Positions 1-10,781 of a stretch of 41,161 nucleotides of DNA are shown one piece after another (position 1 is the first letter of the stretch; each line of letters starts with the position of its first letter). Position numbers and translations under genes: made by a program. The stretch spans positions 1-41,161 of the forward strand of contig JBMFOM010000005.1 of NCBI GenBank assembly GCA_049969615.1, written 5' to 3'. The notes beneath the pieces were generated by a model. It worked only from the letters and a program-made list of their open reading frames with translations, was not told the origin of the DNA and did no database searches. The DNA is from a candidate division WOR-3 bacterium. GTDB lineage: Bacteria; Hydrothermota; Hydrothermia; JBDRYB01.

Positions 1-245
1 GATTGCTTTCGCTTTCTGGCCCTTTCCCTTCGCGCTGGGAAAGACTGGTTGTTTTCGTATCCCACCCCACCGCCCCCCGCCGGGCGGTCCCAGATACGAG
101 CGCCTGGAGGTTCAGTTCCGGTAGATTGCTTTCGCTTTCTGGCCCTTTCCCTTCGCGCTGGGAAAGACTGGTTGTTTTCGTATCCCACCCCACCGCCCCC
201 GCCGGGCGGTCCCAGATACGAGCGCCTGGAGGTTCAGTTCCGGTA
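1..245. repeat. Tandem direct repeat of 2 near-identical ~123-bp units (may continue upstream of the window)
   Basis: Units 1-123 and 124-245 are identical except for one C in a C-run (6 vs 5). Each unit has internal inverted repeats CTTTCCC/GGGAAAG, CGTATC/GATACG and ACCGCCC/GGGCGGT. Confidence 0.93.
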
Positions 246-323
246 GGCTAAGGCAAGCATATAAAACCTTTCCCATTCAAGGGTAAGGGCTTTCAATTGC
301 TGATCCTCTTTGAGGTCTAGCTT

Positions 324-329
324 TATAAT
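324..329 (+). promoter_or_regulatory. -10 box (TATAAT) 5 nt before the guaB ATG; probable leaderless promoter
   Basis: ctt TATAAT ttcgc ATG, with no Shine-Dalgarno between box and start codon. Confidence 0.65.
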
Positions 330-334
330 TTCGC

Positions 335-1786
335 ATGGACATTAAAGAAGCCTATACCTTTGATGATGTCCTTCTTCTTCCCGGCAGAAGCAATGTTTTG
401 CCCAGAGATACCGACACATCAACCCTGTTTTCACGTGGTATCAAAATGGCAATTCCCATTGTGTCCGCGGCCATGGACACAGTCACTGAGGCCCGTATGG
501 CCATAGCTCTTGCCCTGGAAGGCGGAATTGGTGTTATACACAGAAACAACTCCCCGGAGGCCCAGGCCAGGGAAGCCGAGAGGGTGAAAAGGCACCAGTC
601 CTGGCTCATATCAAAGCCATATACCCTTTATCCCCATGACACGGTCGGTTCTGCCCGTGCACTCATGGCAGAGAAGGGTATATCAGGTATCCCGGTGGTT
701 GATCAGGGAAGATTCCTGAAGGGCCTGGTTACTAAAAAAGACTTGGTTTTTGAGGAGCATGACGATAAGCCTCTTTCCGAGATCATGAACACCAGGCTCA
801 TAACCGGGAAGCCCGGCATAACATTGGATGAGGCCTATACCCTTCTTAAGGCCAATAAGATAGAGAAGCTCCCCATAGTTGACGAGGAGGGCAAGTTGGT
901 TGGCTTGGTGACCCTTAGGGACATGATGCGCAGAGAAGAAAAACCCACAGCAACGGTTGACTCTCAAGGTAGGCTGATGCTTGCCGCGGCAGTGGGGGTT
1001 ATTGACTGGGAGACCAGAATACCCGTTCTCTTGGAAGCGGGCATTGATGCGCTGGTCATAGACACCGCTCATGGCCACTCAGAGATGGTCATGGATGTTG
1101 CCCAGAAGATAAGAAAACGTTTTGATCTGCCCCTTGTTGTGGGCAATGTCGCGACCGCAGAAGCCGCGAGGGACCTGGCGATGCTGGGCGTGGACGCGAT
1201 AAAAGTGGGGGTTGGACCTGGTTCAATATGCACCACCAGGGTTGTTGTTGGGGTAGGTGTTCCCCAGTTGACCGCGATAACCGAATGCGCGGTCGCGATC
1301 AGGGAGTTCGGAATTCCTCTCATTGCTGATGGTGGCATTAGGTATTCCGGAGACATCGTGAAGGCCCTGGCGGCCGGCGCGTCTTCTGTTATGCTTGGTA
1401 ATCTGCTGGCTGGTTCTGACGAGGCTCCCGGCGAGACTGTTTTGGTGGAAGGAAGGCGCTACAAGACCTACAGGGGCATGGGTTCTCTGGGCGCTATGGC
1501 CGGCGGCGAGTCCTCTGACAGGTATTTCCAGCGCGGTGCGCAGAAGTTTGTCCCTGAGGGCGTTGAGGGGGTTGTCCCATACAAAGGCCCTGTCTCAGAA
1601 ATTGTTTTTCAGATGGTCGGCGGACTGCGTTCTGGCATGGGATATGTCGGTGCTAGGACAATAACCGAATTGCAGGAAAGGGCCAGGTTTATCAAGATAA
1701 CCAAGGCTGGAGTTCTGGAGAGCCATCCGCACGACATAATCATCACTCGCGAGGCACCGAATTACGAGGTGAGAAGGGACTACTAG
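335..1786 (+). CDS. guaB: IMP dehydrogenase with CBS pair
   Basis: [26 protein letters not shown], catalytic [21 protein letters not shown]. Confidence 0.97.
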   Translation: MDIKEAYTFDDVLLLPGRSNVLPRDTDTSTLFSRGIKMAIPIVSAAMDTVTEARMAIALALEGGIGVIHRNNSPEAQAREAERVKRHQSWLISKPYTLYPHDTVGSARALMAEKGISGIPVVDQGRFLKGLVTKKDLVFEEHDDKPLSEIMNTRLITGKPGITLDEAYTLLKANKIEKLPIVDEEGKLVGLVTLRDMMRREEKPTATVDSQGRLMLAAAVGVIDWETRIPVLLEAGIDALVIDTAHGHSEMVMDVAQKIRKRFDLPLVVGNVATAEAARDLAMLGVDAIKVGVGPGSICTTRVVVGVGVPQLTAITECAVAIREFGIPLIADGGIRYSGDIVKALAAGASSVMLGNLLAGSDEAPGETVLVEGRRYKTYRGMGSLGAMAGGESSDRYFQRGAQKFVPEGVEGVVPYKGPVSEIVFQMVGGLRSGMGYVGARTITELQERARFIKITKAGVLESHPHDIIITREAPNYEVRRDY

Positions 1787-1788
1787 GA

Positions 1789-2736
1789 ATGAGGGCACTT
1801 TATCTTTCCGGTGGGGAAACTGTAAGCGTTGACGGGGTTGAATCCGCGGCAATGGCCTGGAGGATGAAGAGGCCTCTCTGGGTCCACGCTGAGTCCAATG
1901 AACTCTCTTTTCTGTCTGAGATATGCGGCTTTCATCAGCTCGCAATAGAGGACTGCGAGAGAGAGACTCCTATTCCAAAGGTTGAGGATTATGGTTCTTA
2001 TCTCTTTGTGGAACTGCATATGCCCCTATGCATAGGTGACAGGCTTGAGGTCTATGAACTGAGCATATTCATTGGCAAGGACTTTCTCGTCACATACGCC
2101 AGGGAAGAGATACCCGGTTTTCGTGCCCTGTTTTCCAACAAAGAAAACATAGCCAAGCGCCTCTCGTCGCCAGCGAGGCTCCTTCGCGGTATTCTCAATC
2201 AGACAATTTTTCAGAGCCTGTGGGAGCTTCTTGGGGATTTAGACGATCGTATGGACGCGATAGAGGACCAGATCGCTGGCTGGAACCTTAATCAGGCAGT
2301 TCTCAGGCGCATAACCGCCACGAACGGTGTCCTCGGCAGAATCAGAAAAGGCCTGATGTTTCATCAGCGGGTTTTTGAGGAGCTCGTGGATGAGGCGCGT
2401 GATTTCGTTTCTCACGAGGATATGCCATACATTCTTGATCTTGTTGATAGGCACTACAGGATACTTTCCGAGACCGATTACCTTCAACAGAGGTCCGAAA
2501 CACTCTATCAGCTCTTCGTTGATTCAAAGGATTATCAATCAAACGAGATAATGAAGGTGCTCACAGTCATTGCTACGGTAACCCTGCCGGCCCTTTTGGT
2601 AGCCAGCATCTATGGCATGAACTTCAAATACATGCCAGAGCTTGATCAGTGGTGGGGGTATCCGGCCGCGTTGGGACTGATGATCGCGGTTGGTTTCATA
2701 ATATTTCTATATATGAAAAAGAGAAAATGGCTTTAG
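1789..2736 (+). CDS. corA: CorA-family Mg2+/Co2+ transporter
   Basis: HQLAIED..PKVEDY N-terminal motif; C-terminal NEIMKVLT...YGMNFKYMPEL and two TM helices. Confidence 0.92.
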   Translation: MRALYLSGGETVSVDGVESAAMAWRMKRPLWVHAESNELSFLSEICGFHQLAIEDCERETPIPKVEDYGSYLFVELHMPLCIGDRLEVYELSIFIGKDFLVTYAREEIPGFRALFSNKENIAKRLSSPARLLRGILNQTIFQSLWELLGDLDDRMDAIEDQIAGWNLNQAVLRRITATNGVLGRIRKGLMFHQRVFEELVDEARDFVSHEDMPYILDLVDRHYRILSETDYLQQRSETLYQLFVDSKDYQSNEIMKVLTVIATVTLPALLVASIYGMNFKYMPELDQWWGYPAALGLMIAVGFIIFLYMKKRKWL

Positions 2737-2882
2737 GGACAATGGTCTACACATATACGAGCTAATTCGGCCCAGATTGAGCGATACAGGATCAACGCTC
2801 ATAAGGGCGGCCATTACAAATCTGGGCTCCCTATATATCCGCTTTCCTCGGGCAGGCGGTGAATCCAGATCCATATAAGCGA

Positions 2883-3488
2883 TCACCTCTCGTAGGCCCC
2901 GATGTCAAATCCTCCACCCTGCGGCCTCGTTATCCCATCAAGATCAACCATTGGTGCGCCCGAGGTTGTACCCGCGTCTATTGCTGGTGAACCCGATATG
3001 AGGTGATAGTTTCCGTCTGAGCCAAAGCCCGTCAATGTGAACCGCGGGTTCCCAAAACCAGGCAGTTTATCGCCCTTGAACCACCTCCCCAGAGCTTTAT
3101 CCCGTCGCAGGAGTTGTTCGCGACCATGCACTCGTGAATGTATGTGTTTTTTGCCTTTGAATCAAGGCCGTCACTTCGGTTGTGCTCTGCTTTTGTGTTC
3201 GCTATCTCAATTGGCCCATCCGATGCTTCTATAACCTAGGATCTGCAGGTCGTTCACATCCTCTATATTTATGCCGAACTCATCAAGATTGTGTATGTAG
3301 AGATCCTTGAAAACCGCGTGGTTCAACGGCCCGCTCAGAGCCTCTATCCCATCGCGGAACCACGCTCCTTCGTCCGAGGCTATCTCCAGGTTCTCAAGCC
3401 TTATGTAGCTGAGCCCGGATAGATCAATCATAGAAGACCCTGCCCACGGAAGCGGACGAGCCGTTGCTACATGCGGCAAAGAGTACAC
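2883..3488 (-). pseudogene. Fragmented right-handed beta-helix (pectate-lyase-like) protein with choice-of-anchor-Q-like C-terminus
   Basis: Two short ORF pieces. 3207-3488 has beta-helix-like repeats (YIRLENLEI, FKDLYIHNLDEFGINI). 2883-3131 ends in [14 protein letters not shown]...[19 protein letters not shown]. No intact N-terminus and the middle is missing. Confidence 0.65.
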
Positions 3489-3528
3489 ACAAAAGAATCA
3501 AAACCTTTTTCATGCAATTGGTGCGACC

Positions 3529-5727
3529 CTATTCTGCCTTTTTTCCTTCGGGGGCTTTTGGTTCCACCTTGCAGGATACAACACCATCCTCTATGCTAAG
3601 GACACACCTTCCGGCGCCCTCGCCCCCAAGCAATGCATCAACCAGGGGATCTATAACCTTCTCTTGCACCAGAGAGGGTATTTGTTCTCCGAATGTGCCG
3701 GAGTCGTATGCCATCTGGGCTATCTCCCTTATTATGTTGGGATCAATCTCCACCTCAACATGCCACTTCTTCTTTATCTCCTCGGCTTGCGCTGAGACCT
3801 TTCGTCTCGTTATTTCCTCAAGCTGTTCAACCGTGAGCGGATTGAAGAGCAGGATGTCATCCAGGGCCGGGCTTATTTCCTCAAGAATTGGCGCGAGCGT
3901 GACCGAAATGCCCTCTGTCTCGTCTGGCTTCCTCGCAAACCCTATGGCTTTCTTTTTCGTTATCTCGTAGCCCTCGCCCGAGAGGGTGAGTATCACGGTG
4001 TTGTTTGAGAGGCTAATGAGTCTTCCGGCCGCGTCCGTGAACTGGCCTTCCATGAAGCACTCAGCCAGGAATCTCGTCACCACAGGATCTGCCAGGTCTA
4101 TGTTCCTGAAATAGAGAACAGAATGAGGATTGTCCTGGGCGGCTTTCGCCAGTTCGCCCCGCTGGCCGAAACCCACATAGCCAGGGGGTGAGCCTATGAG
4201 CTTGGCAATGTGGTGTTCTTCGCTATACTGGCTCATGTCAAACTCAATCAGCTTTTCCCTTGAGCCATAAACATACTCGGCTATTGCTGTGGCCATCTCC
4301 TTCTTTCCAACGCCGTGTGGCCCAACAAAGGCAATCACGCCGTCCGGTCTCTGGGGCCTAGTGTCAAGCCTCAATTTGGTTATCTTTATTATGTGGGATA
4401 TTCTTGAAGCGGCCTCATCCTGGCCCACGACTCGCTCCTTGAGGTATCTCGTAAGCCCATCATAGAAAACCCGTGGGTCCTGGCTCACTATGTTGACTGG
4501 TATGCCGCTCATTTCCGATATGGTCGTTGAGATAAGCTCGTCTCCGAGCTCATCTTCGCCCAACAAGGCGGCCCGGGCCGCGGCCCGGTCAAGAAGGTCT
4601 ATGGCTTTGTCTGGGAAAGACCTCTGAGGCAGGAACAGGTGCGAGAGCCTGACTATGTTCTCAAGGACATGGTCGGGAATAGCTATGCCGTGAAACTTCT
4701 CAAAGTCTGCCTTCAGACCCAGGAGTATCTTTAGGGTATCCTCTGGGGTTGGTTCGTCAATCAGGATCGGATTGAACCTACGGGCTAGGGCCTCGTCTTG
4801 AACGAAATACCTGTAATACTCCTCGTTTGTTGTCGCGCCTATGACGGTTATTTCCCCGGTTCCCAACGCGGCCTTCATCAGGTTCGCGACATCCCCGAGG
4901 CCTTCCTTTCCCCCAGCCGCCACTATGGTGTGTATCTCGTCTATGAATACTATTATCTGAGGGTTTTCTTTTACCGCGGAGACTATCTCCTTCACACGTT
5001 TTTCTATCTCGCCGTAGTATGCGGCGCCCGATACCAGGTTGCTCCTCAGTATCTCAAAGATTATCTTGCCCTTGAGCCTGTCTGGCACCTCCCCTCTCCC
5101 CATTCTCGCCGCCACCGCACGAACAACAGCGGTCTTGCCCACCCCGGTCTTTCCGATGAGGAGTGGGTTGTTCTTTATACGTCTGCAAAGGGTTTCTATT
5201 ATAGCGTTGACTTCCCTCTCTCTCCCGATTACTGGCATGGCTGTAGGAGACAGTACCTCCTCAGTGAGGTTGCGTCCATATGCCATGAGGCTTTCCGGAA
5301 TGGCAACCGTTATGATGGGCCTTTTTTCTGCCGCTATAAGAAAACCATCCTGTATCTCCTTTAGCGTGTCCATGCTCAGGGGCGAGAGGCCTCGCTTTAC
5401 CAGTGTTTCCAGAAAATGGAGCACGCTCGCGTACTCCGATCCCTTTTCCCTCGCGAGTTCAACCGTTGCGATGAATATCTCCTGGGTCTCTTTAGGCACC
5501 TTGACTGTTTCCACCGCGCTGGTTCCATATTTCTGGATTATGTGTTTGTTCAGCTGTTCTCTGTATGTCCCAATATTCTTTGTTTCTATGCCGTATGTAT
5601 CAATGAGCACGAGAAGCATGTGTTGAGGCGAAAGTATGCCTCCGGATTTCTTTGCCAAGGCTTTTGCCCTCCGATACATCTCAGCGAGATCTGCCGAAAA
5701 GTGAGAAAGTACTTCCTCGCCTGTCAT
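3529..5727 (-). CDS. ClpA/ClpC-like Hsp100 ATPase lacking the middle coiled-coil, with degenerate second AAA+ module
   Basis: Clp_N repeats. D1: RRIKNNPLLIGKTGVGKT, IVFIDEIH, GATT, ALARRF, PDKAIDLLD. D2: GPHGVGKK, GSPPGYVG, VLYFRN, KAIGF. Start placed at ATG 5727 because of the ATGA overlap with the upstream gene; 5733 is possible. Confidence 0.88.
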   Translation of the reverse strand: MTGEEVLSHFSADLAEMYRRAKALAKKSGGILSPQHMLLVLIDTYGIETKNIGTYREQLNKHIIQKYGTSAVETVKVPKETQEIFIATVELAREKGSEYASVLHFLETLVKRGLSPLSMDTLKEIQDGFLIAAEKRPIITVAIPESLMAYGRNLTEEVLSPTAMPVIGREREVNAIIETLCRRIKNNPLLIGKTGVGKTAVVRAVAARMGRGEVPDRLKGKIIFEILRSNLVSGAAYYGEIEKRVKEIVSAVKENPQIIVFIDEIHTIVAAGGKEGLGDVANLMKAALGTGEITVIGATTNEEYYRYFVQDEALARRFNPILIDEPTPEDTLKILLGLKADFEKFHGIAIPDHVLENIVRLSHLFLPQRSFPDKAIDLLDRAAARAALLGEDELGDELISTTISEMSGIPVNIVSQDPRVFYDGLTRYLKERVVGQDEAASRISHIIKITKLRLDTRPQRPDGVIAFVGPHGVGKKEMATAIAEYVYGSREKLIEFDMSQYSEEHHIAKLIGSPPGYVGFGQRGELAKAAQDNPHSVLYFRNIDLADPVVTRFLAECFMEGQFTDAAGRLISLSNNTVILTLSGEGYEITKKKAIGFARKPDETEGISVTLAPILEEISPALDDILLFNPLTVEQLEEITRRKVSAQAEEIKKKWHVEVEIDPNIIREIAQMAYDSGTFGEQIPSLVQEKVIDPLVDALLGGEGAGRCVLSIEDGVVSCKVEPKAPEGKKAE

Positions 5728-6227
5728 TCCCATTCCTCGTCGGTTTCCTCTCCCATGGCCTCCTCAAGCATCTCTGCCATAGTTTTGCCGCCGAATTTTT
5801 CCGTTATTATGGTGTCATAATGGTCAGATGTACTCGCGACCGCCATAAGCCCGTCAAGGAGCTGCTCCTTTGTGAGGCCCTCTCCCAGGAGGTTATATTC
5901 AAAGATTACGCTTGACGAGTCTGGTTCACTGCCCTCATAATAACCAAAGGCACCGAACCGGAACCCCGCGTTTGCCTTTATCAGGAATATGGCCAGCTCA
6001 CCACTAAGTGGCGTCCCAACCGTAACGCGGGACCAGATGTTGACTACGGAGTGTTTGGGGTCTTCTCGGGAAAACGGGTGGACGAATACATGCACTATGG
6101 TCGTGCCATACCAAAGCCAGAACCCATTGTCCTCAATGGGGAAAAAGCCACTATCGCCAAAGGTCTCATGTAGGTATCTTTTGACCTTTTCGTGGGTTAT
6201 GGCCCACACAGGGTTTTCCTTGCTCAC
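5724..6227 (-). CDS. YbjN / T3SS-chaperone-like (CesT/YbjN fold) protein
   Basis: Pattern FWLWYGTTIVHV...LAIFLIKANAGFRFGAF...VIFEYNLLGEGLTKEQL...VASTSDHYDTIITEKFGG resembles YbjN-type chaperones; acidic C-tail; GTG start 6 nt after TAAGCT. Confidence 0.7.
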   Translation of the reverse strand: MSKENPVWAITHEKVKRYLHETFGDSGFFPIEDNGFWLWYGTTIVHVFVHPFSREDPKHSVVNIWSRVTVGTPLSGELAIFLIKANAGFRFGAFGYYEGSEPDSSSVIFEYNLLGEGLTKEQLLDGLMAVASTSDHYDTIITEKFGGKTMAEMLEEAMGEETDEEWE

Positions 6228-6375
6228 ACTTAAAGCTTAAACCAAGGCGATGGGCAGGTTCAAGGAGAAGTGCGTGTTTGGTTGCAGGGGTACAAGGGAT
6301 AAATGGCCCATTTTCAGAGCCTGGTGATTCAGGAAATCGGGCAAAATCGTTGCTTATTGAAAGATAGATCGCATT

Positions 6376-8742
6376 CTACAGCCTCAGCCACTCCAGGTAA
6401 TCCGAGGCCGCGGCGAGGGGTTTGTTTTTCCTAGACGGGAAAACCTCCGAGAGGAATTCCTCGCACGATGAAACATATTTTACCGTGAGTCCTGACAGGA
6501 GCTTTCCCTCCATCTTTTTATCCGTGTAGGCAACCTCCTCAGCGTTGGATAGGGGCAGATAGACGGTATTTATTCCTGTTCTCTGCGCGGCCATCAGTTT
6601 TGCGATTAGCCCCCCCACCCTGAGGACCTGGCCGGTTAAGGTTATCTCGCCGGTCGCGGCCACTGTCCCGGAGACAGGCTGTTGGGTCAGCGCGGAGACC
6701 ATTGATCCCAGGACCGCCAGGCCAGCGGATGGCCCATCCTTTGGTATTGCGCCCTCCGGGATATGAATGTGAATGTCAATGAGCTCGTGGAAGTTCGGCG
6801 GAAGGCCCAGGTCTGTTCTGTGGGCCTTTATGTAGCTCAGTGCGGCCTTTATTGACTCGTTTATTATCTCGCCCAGCTGGCCCGTAGTGGTAAGGTTTCC
6901 CTTGCCGCGCGAGACAGTTGTTTCAACCCTGAGCGCGTCTCCGCCCTGTTCTGTCCACGCTAGGCCATAGAACACGCCAGGCGGGTTGTCCTCTTTGACC
7001 CTGTGCTCCTGAATAGTCGGCAGTTCAAGGAACTTCTCAATATTGGATGGAGTTATGCTCGTTGGTTTACCCTTGTCAACCTTGCGCCGCGCGGCCTTTC
7101 GCATCAGTCGGGCGAGCTGGCGTTCCAGTTCCCTTACCCCCGCTTCTGCCGTGTATTGGCTGATTATCTTTAGTATTGCCTCATCCGTGATCTGGAAATC
7201 TCCCGGTTCAAGTCCATTGTCGGAGAGCAGTTTTGGCACTAGGTGTCTCTTGGCTATCTCTATCTTCTCGTATTCCGTGTATCCGCGCAGGTATATCACA
7301 TCCATCCTATCAAGGAGAGGCTTCGGTATCCCCATAGTTGAGTTCGCCGTGGTTATGAACAGAACCTCCGAGAGATCAAAATCCACCTCAAGGTAGTGGT
7401 CCATAAACTCCGAATTGATCTCCGGATCCAAGACTTCCATTAGCGCGGCCTGGGGATCACCCCTGTAGTCCGTTCCGACCTTATCAACTTCATCCAGAAG
7501 GAAAACCGGGTTTTTTGTGCCTGCTCGCTTGACCTGCTGGATTATCTTGCCCGGAAGGGCACCGACATAGGTCCTCCTGTGGCCCCTTATTTCGGCCTCG
7601 TCCCTTAGTCCACCGAGGGAAGCCCTGACAAACTTTCTGCCCAAAGCCCTCGCGATTGAACGCGCTAGGGAAGTCTTTCCAACACCGGGAGGCCCAACAA
7701 AGCAGAGAACCTGCCCCCTGGTAACGCCCTTTAGCCTGAGAACGGCCAGATATTCCAGTATTCTCTCCTTCACCTCTGTGAGGCCATAGTGATCCTCATC
7801 CAATATCTTTCTAGCGTTTTCCAGATCCAGGTTGTCCTCTGTCCTCTTGTTCCATGGCATTTCCGTTACCCAGTCCAACCAATTCCTTATCACGGATGCC
7901 TCAGGGGACATGGTTGGAGTCTTGGTCAGACGCCTGAACTCAGAGAGGGCTTTTTCCCTTGCCTCATCGGGCATACCGGCCGCGACTATTCGCTTTTCAT
8001 AGAGCGATATATCATCATCCTCCTCCATTTCCTTCTTTATTTCGTCCTGCAACTGAGAGAGAATGACCTGCTTGTGTCCTTTGGCCAGCTCCTCCTTTAC
8101 CCTTCCTTCCAGTTCTTGTCTGGTTTCCAGGTATTTTATGTGCCAGAGCAGTTGCTCGGATAGTTTCTTTGCCAGTTCCAGCAGGTTCTTTGATTCAAGG
8201 AGTTCTTGCTTTTTCTCCGCCTCGCCCGGCATGTGCGCTGATGCCAGATATAGGAATGTCTCGTTGCTCTGTGAGAGGATAGTCTTTCCCAGTTCATGGG
8301 GCAGGTCGGGTATCATGGATACCAACTTGGCGAAGAAATCCTTCGCTACCCTTGCCGCGGGCGCGAGAGCCTTTTTGTCCGCCGAAGGGAATGGAAACAT
8401 GTCAACCCTTGCGGAATAATAACCCCTGACGAACGATATGTTCTGAACCTTGACCCTCTCAACTCCCTGGACGAGTATGTTGGCAGTCCCATCCGGATTT
8501 TCCATCATGTGGACTATGGTGCCTATTGTCCCGACCCTGTAAATGTCCTCTGGCGTGGGCATCTCCTCCTCGCCCTTTTGTAGGAGGAAAACTAACATGC
8601 TATCCCCACGGTTCGCGGCCCTGAGAGCCTTCACTGACATCTCCCTCCTGACCATTACCGGGAGGATTGCCTCCGGAAAAAGGACTTCCTCAATGAGGAC
8701 CACAACCGGAACCTTTCCCTCTTGAGTGGAACCTGATTTCAA
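6376..8742 (-). CDS. lon: ATP-dependent Lon protease
   Basis: LON N-domain, [26 protein letters not shown], catalytic PKDGPSAG and downstream Lys. Confidence 0.97.
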   Translation of the reverse strand: MKSGSTQEGKVPVVVLIEEVLFPEAILPVMVRREMSVKALRAANRGDSMLVFLLQKGEEEMPTPEDIYRVGTIGTIVHMMENPDGTANILVQGVERVKVQNISFVRGYYSARVDMFPFPSADKKALAPAARVAKDFFAKLVSMIPDLPHELGKTILSQSNETFLYLASAHMPGEAEKKQELLESKNLLELAKKLSEQLLWHIKYLETRQELEGRVKEELAKGHKQVILSQLQDEIKKEMEEDDDISLYEKRIVAAGMPDEAREKALSEFRRLTKTPTMSPEASVIRNWLDWVTEMPWNKRTEDNLDLENARKILDEDHYGLTEVKERILEYLAVLRLKGVTRGQVLCFVGPPGVGKTSLARSIARALGRKFVRASLGGLRDEAEIRGHRRTYVGALPGKIIQQVKRAGTKNPVFLLDEVDKVGTDYRGDPQAALMEVLDPEINSEFMDHYLEVDFDLSEVLFITTANSTMGIPKPLLDRMDVIYLRGYTEYEKIEIAKRHLVPKLLSDNGLEPGDFQITDEAILKIISQYTAEAGVRELERQLARLMRKAARRKVDKGKPTSITPSNIEKFLELPTIQEHRVKEDNPPGVFYGLAWTEQGGDALRVETTVSRGKGNLTTTGQLGEIINESIKAALSYIKAHRTDLGLPPNFHELIDIHIHIPEGAIPKDGPSAGLAVLGSMVSALTQQPVSGTVAATGEITLTGQVLRVGGLIAKLMAAQRTGINTVYLPLSNAEEVAYTDKKMEGKLLSGLTVKYVSSCEEFLSEVFPSRKNKPLAAASDYLEWLRL

Positions 8743-9962
8743 ATCACTGACCTCCTTTCGTCGGAGAATACCAGCACGGGTTCTTTTTCGCCCCTGGCAA
8801 CGCTGGCGTCCACGACCACCTTTGCCACATCCCGCATTGAAGGCAATCTATACATGGTGTCCAGGAGAATATCCTCCATTATTGAGCGCAGGCCCCTCGC
8901 TCCAGATCCCCTTTTGGCCGCGGCCCTCGCTATTTCCCTCACCGCTTCCTCGGTTACCTCCAGGCTTACCCCTTCCATCCCGAATATCTTTTTGAACTGC
9001 CTCACTATGGAGTTCCGCGGTTTCGTCATTATCTCCGCGAGGTCCTCTTCTGTAAGCGGCGAAAGGGTCACCACGACCGGTAACCTGCCCACTAGCTCCG
9101 GTATCATGCCAAACTTGACCAGGTCTTCCGGTTGGGCCATCCTGTAGAGCTCTTCTCTGGGGATCTTTTCCTCACCCCTGGCAAAGCCTACTCCCTTTCT
9201 GCCAATGCGTTCCGCGACAACATCCGAAAGCCCTTCAAAGCTCCCCGCGAATATGAAGAGTATATCCCTGGTGTCCAGCGAGATCCTTTCCCTGTTACCT
9301 GGCAGGGGAACATCAACCTTGGAGCCTTCGGTTATTTTGAGCAATGCTTGCTGTGCGCCCTCCCCAGAAACATCCCTTCCGGGGCCAGGTTTGCGCGCCA
9401 GCTTGTCGGCTTCGTCAAGATAAACTATTCCAACCCTCGCCTTGTCAATGTCTCCCTGGGCCTCGGAGATCAGTCGCACCAGGATTGCCTCCGCATCCTC
9501 CCCGACATAGCCGGCCTCGGTTATGGGGGTAGCATCGTGGACAACCAGCGGAACGCCTATCTGCTTCGCGAGCGTCCTTGCCAATAGGGTCTTTCCGGTT
9601 CCAGTAGGACCTATGAGCAGGATATTGCTTTTTTCCAGCTCCAGGTCAGTCTTACCCATCCGCCGGTGGTTTATCCTTTTGTAGTGATTATAGACAGCCA
9701 CAGCGAGGCTCTTTTTCGCCTTCTCCTGGCCGACCACCCACTCGTCCAGGGCCTCTTTTATCTTCTCCGGGACCGGCAACTCAAGCGGTTCGTTTGGATC
9801 AAGGGAGGACGAGAGCAAATCAACCGCGAGCCTCGCGCAATCCGCGCAGATAAACGCGTCCAAACCAGGAACCAGGCGTCTGGTAGTGCTTTGTGGCCTT
9901 CCACAAAACGAACAGGCTGGCTCAGCCCTTGTTTCTTTAGGCCTCGTCCTTCTTCTCTGCAT
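8739..9962 (-). CDS. clpX: ATP-dependent Clp protease ATP-binding subunit ClpX
   Basis: Zn finger CSFC...[50 protein letters not shown]; lies between clpP and lon. Confidence 0.95.
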   Translation of the reverse strand: MQRRRTRPKETRAEPACSFCGRPQSTTRRLVPGLDAFICADCARLAVDLLSSSLDPNEPLELPVPEKIKEALDEWVVGQEKAKKSLAVAVYNHYKRINHRRMGKTDLELEKSNILLIGPTGTGKTLLARTLAKQIGVPLVVHDATPITEAGYVGEDAEAILVRLISEAQGDIDKARVGIVYLDEADKLARKPGPGRDVSGEGAQQALLKITEGSKVDVPLPGNRERISLDTRDILFIFAGSFEGLSDVVAERIGRKGVGFARGEEKIPREELYRMAQPEDLVKFGMIPELVGRLPVVVTLSPLTEEDLAEIMTKPRNSIVRQFKKIFGMEGVSLEVTEEAVREIARAAAKRGSGARGLRSIMEDILLDTMYRLPSMRDVAKVVVDASVARGEKEPVLVFSDERRSVI

Positions 9963-10587
9963 CCTCCCTCTTTCCCCTGTCAGGCGCCACTGTAATTATG
10001 TCATCAACCAAACCATAATCACGCGCCTCCTGGGCAGACATGTAGAAATTGCGCTCCGTGTCCCTTTCTATGATTTCTATTGGTTTTCCGGTGTGTTTTG
10101 CCAGGATTTCCTGGAGGAGCTTCTTGAGGATCAGTATCTCCCTGGCTTCTATCTCTATGTCCGTTGCCATGCCCTGGGCTCCTCCCCAGGGCTGGTGTAT
10201 CATTAGCCTTGAGTGTTGAAGCGCGAAGCGCTTTCCGGGTGCGCCGGCCGCTACCAGTATCGCGCCCATGGACGCGGCCATGCCTATGCACGTGGTCACC
10301 ACATCGGGCCTGATATACTGTATGGTGTCGTAGATGGCGAGGCCAGAGGTCACTATGCCGCCGGGGGTGTTGATATACAGGTAAATGTCCTTGTCCGGGG
10401 CTTCCGCGTCCAGATAGAGAAGCTGGGCTACGAGCAGGTTCGCCACATAGTCGTCAATGGGCATGCCCAGGAAAACAATGCGTTCCTTCAGGAGCTTTGA
10501 GAAGATGTCGTAAGCCCTCTCCATGCGCCCGCTCTGTTCTATGACCATGGGCACGAGCTGGGCCACTTTTCTTTCGATCTCGTTCAT
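9937..10587 (-). CDS. clpP: Clp protease proteolytic subunit
   Basis: [40 protein letters not shown]. Confidence 0.97.
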   Translation of the reverse strand: MNEIERKVAQLVPMVIEQSGRMERAYDIFSKLLKERIVFLGMPIDDYVANLLVAQLLYLDAEAPDKDIYLYINTPGGIVTSGLAIYDTIQYIRPDVVTTCIGMAASMGAILVAAGAPGKRFALQHSRLMIHQPWGGAQGMATDIEIEAREILILKKLLQEILAKHTGKPIEIIERDTERNFYMSAQEARDYGLVDDIITVAPDRGKREDAEKKDEA

Positions 10588-10746
10588 TTGGTTGAAATTA
10601 TAAGGCCTGGCGCTGGGGCCGGGCTACTCCTGCTTTTATAGGGAAGGTCCTGCTGGATTGGTTGGAGGCTAGACCTACTTGATTTCATGACGCAGGAATA
10701 AGTCCCTTGGATATTCTGATAACAACACTTTTGACTGCTCCCCAAA

Positions 10747-10781
10747 ATATTAACCCACCTCCTGCGCAGGATCAAATTTTT
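10747..10781 (-). promoter_or_regulatory. Repeat C copy forming a TTGATC-17bp-TAATAT promoter-like element aimed at clpP
   Basis: Minus strand TTGATC (10775-10770), 17 nt containing palindrome CCTGCGCAGG, then TAATAT (10752-10747). Confidence 0.5.

Noticed and set aside
1-251. ORFs 3-251 and 49-246, and a CRISPR or purine-riboswitch reading of the tandem repeat
   Set aside because: The ORFs simply translate the repeat; there are no unique spacers; no purine aptamer core is visible, and the guaB -10 box lies downstream of the repeat.
4798-5820. Long antisense or alternate-frame ORFs over the Clp ATPase and other housekeeping genes (e.g. 11354-11971, 29269-29934, 34253-34909)
   Set aside because: These are shadow ORFs of well-supported genes, with no recognisable motifs or initiation signals.
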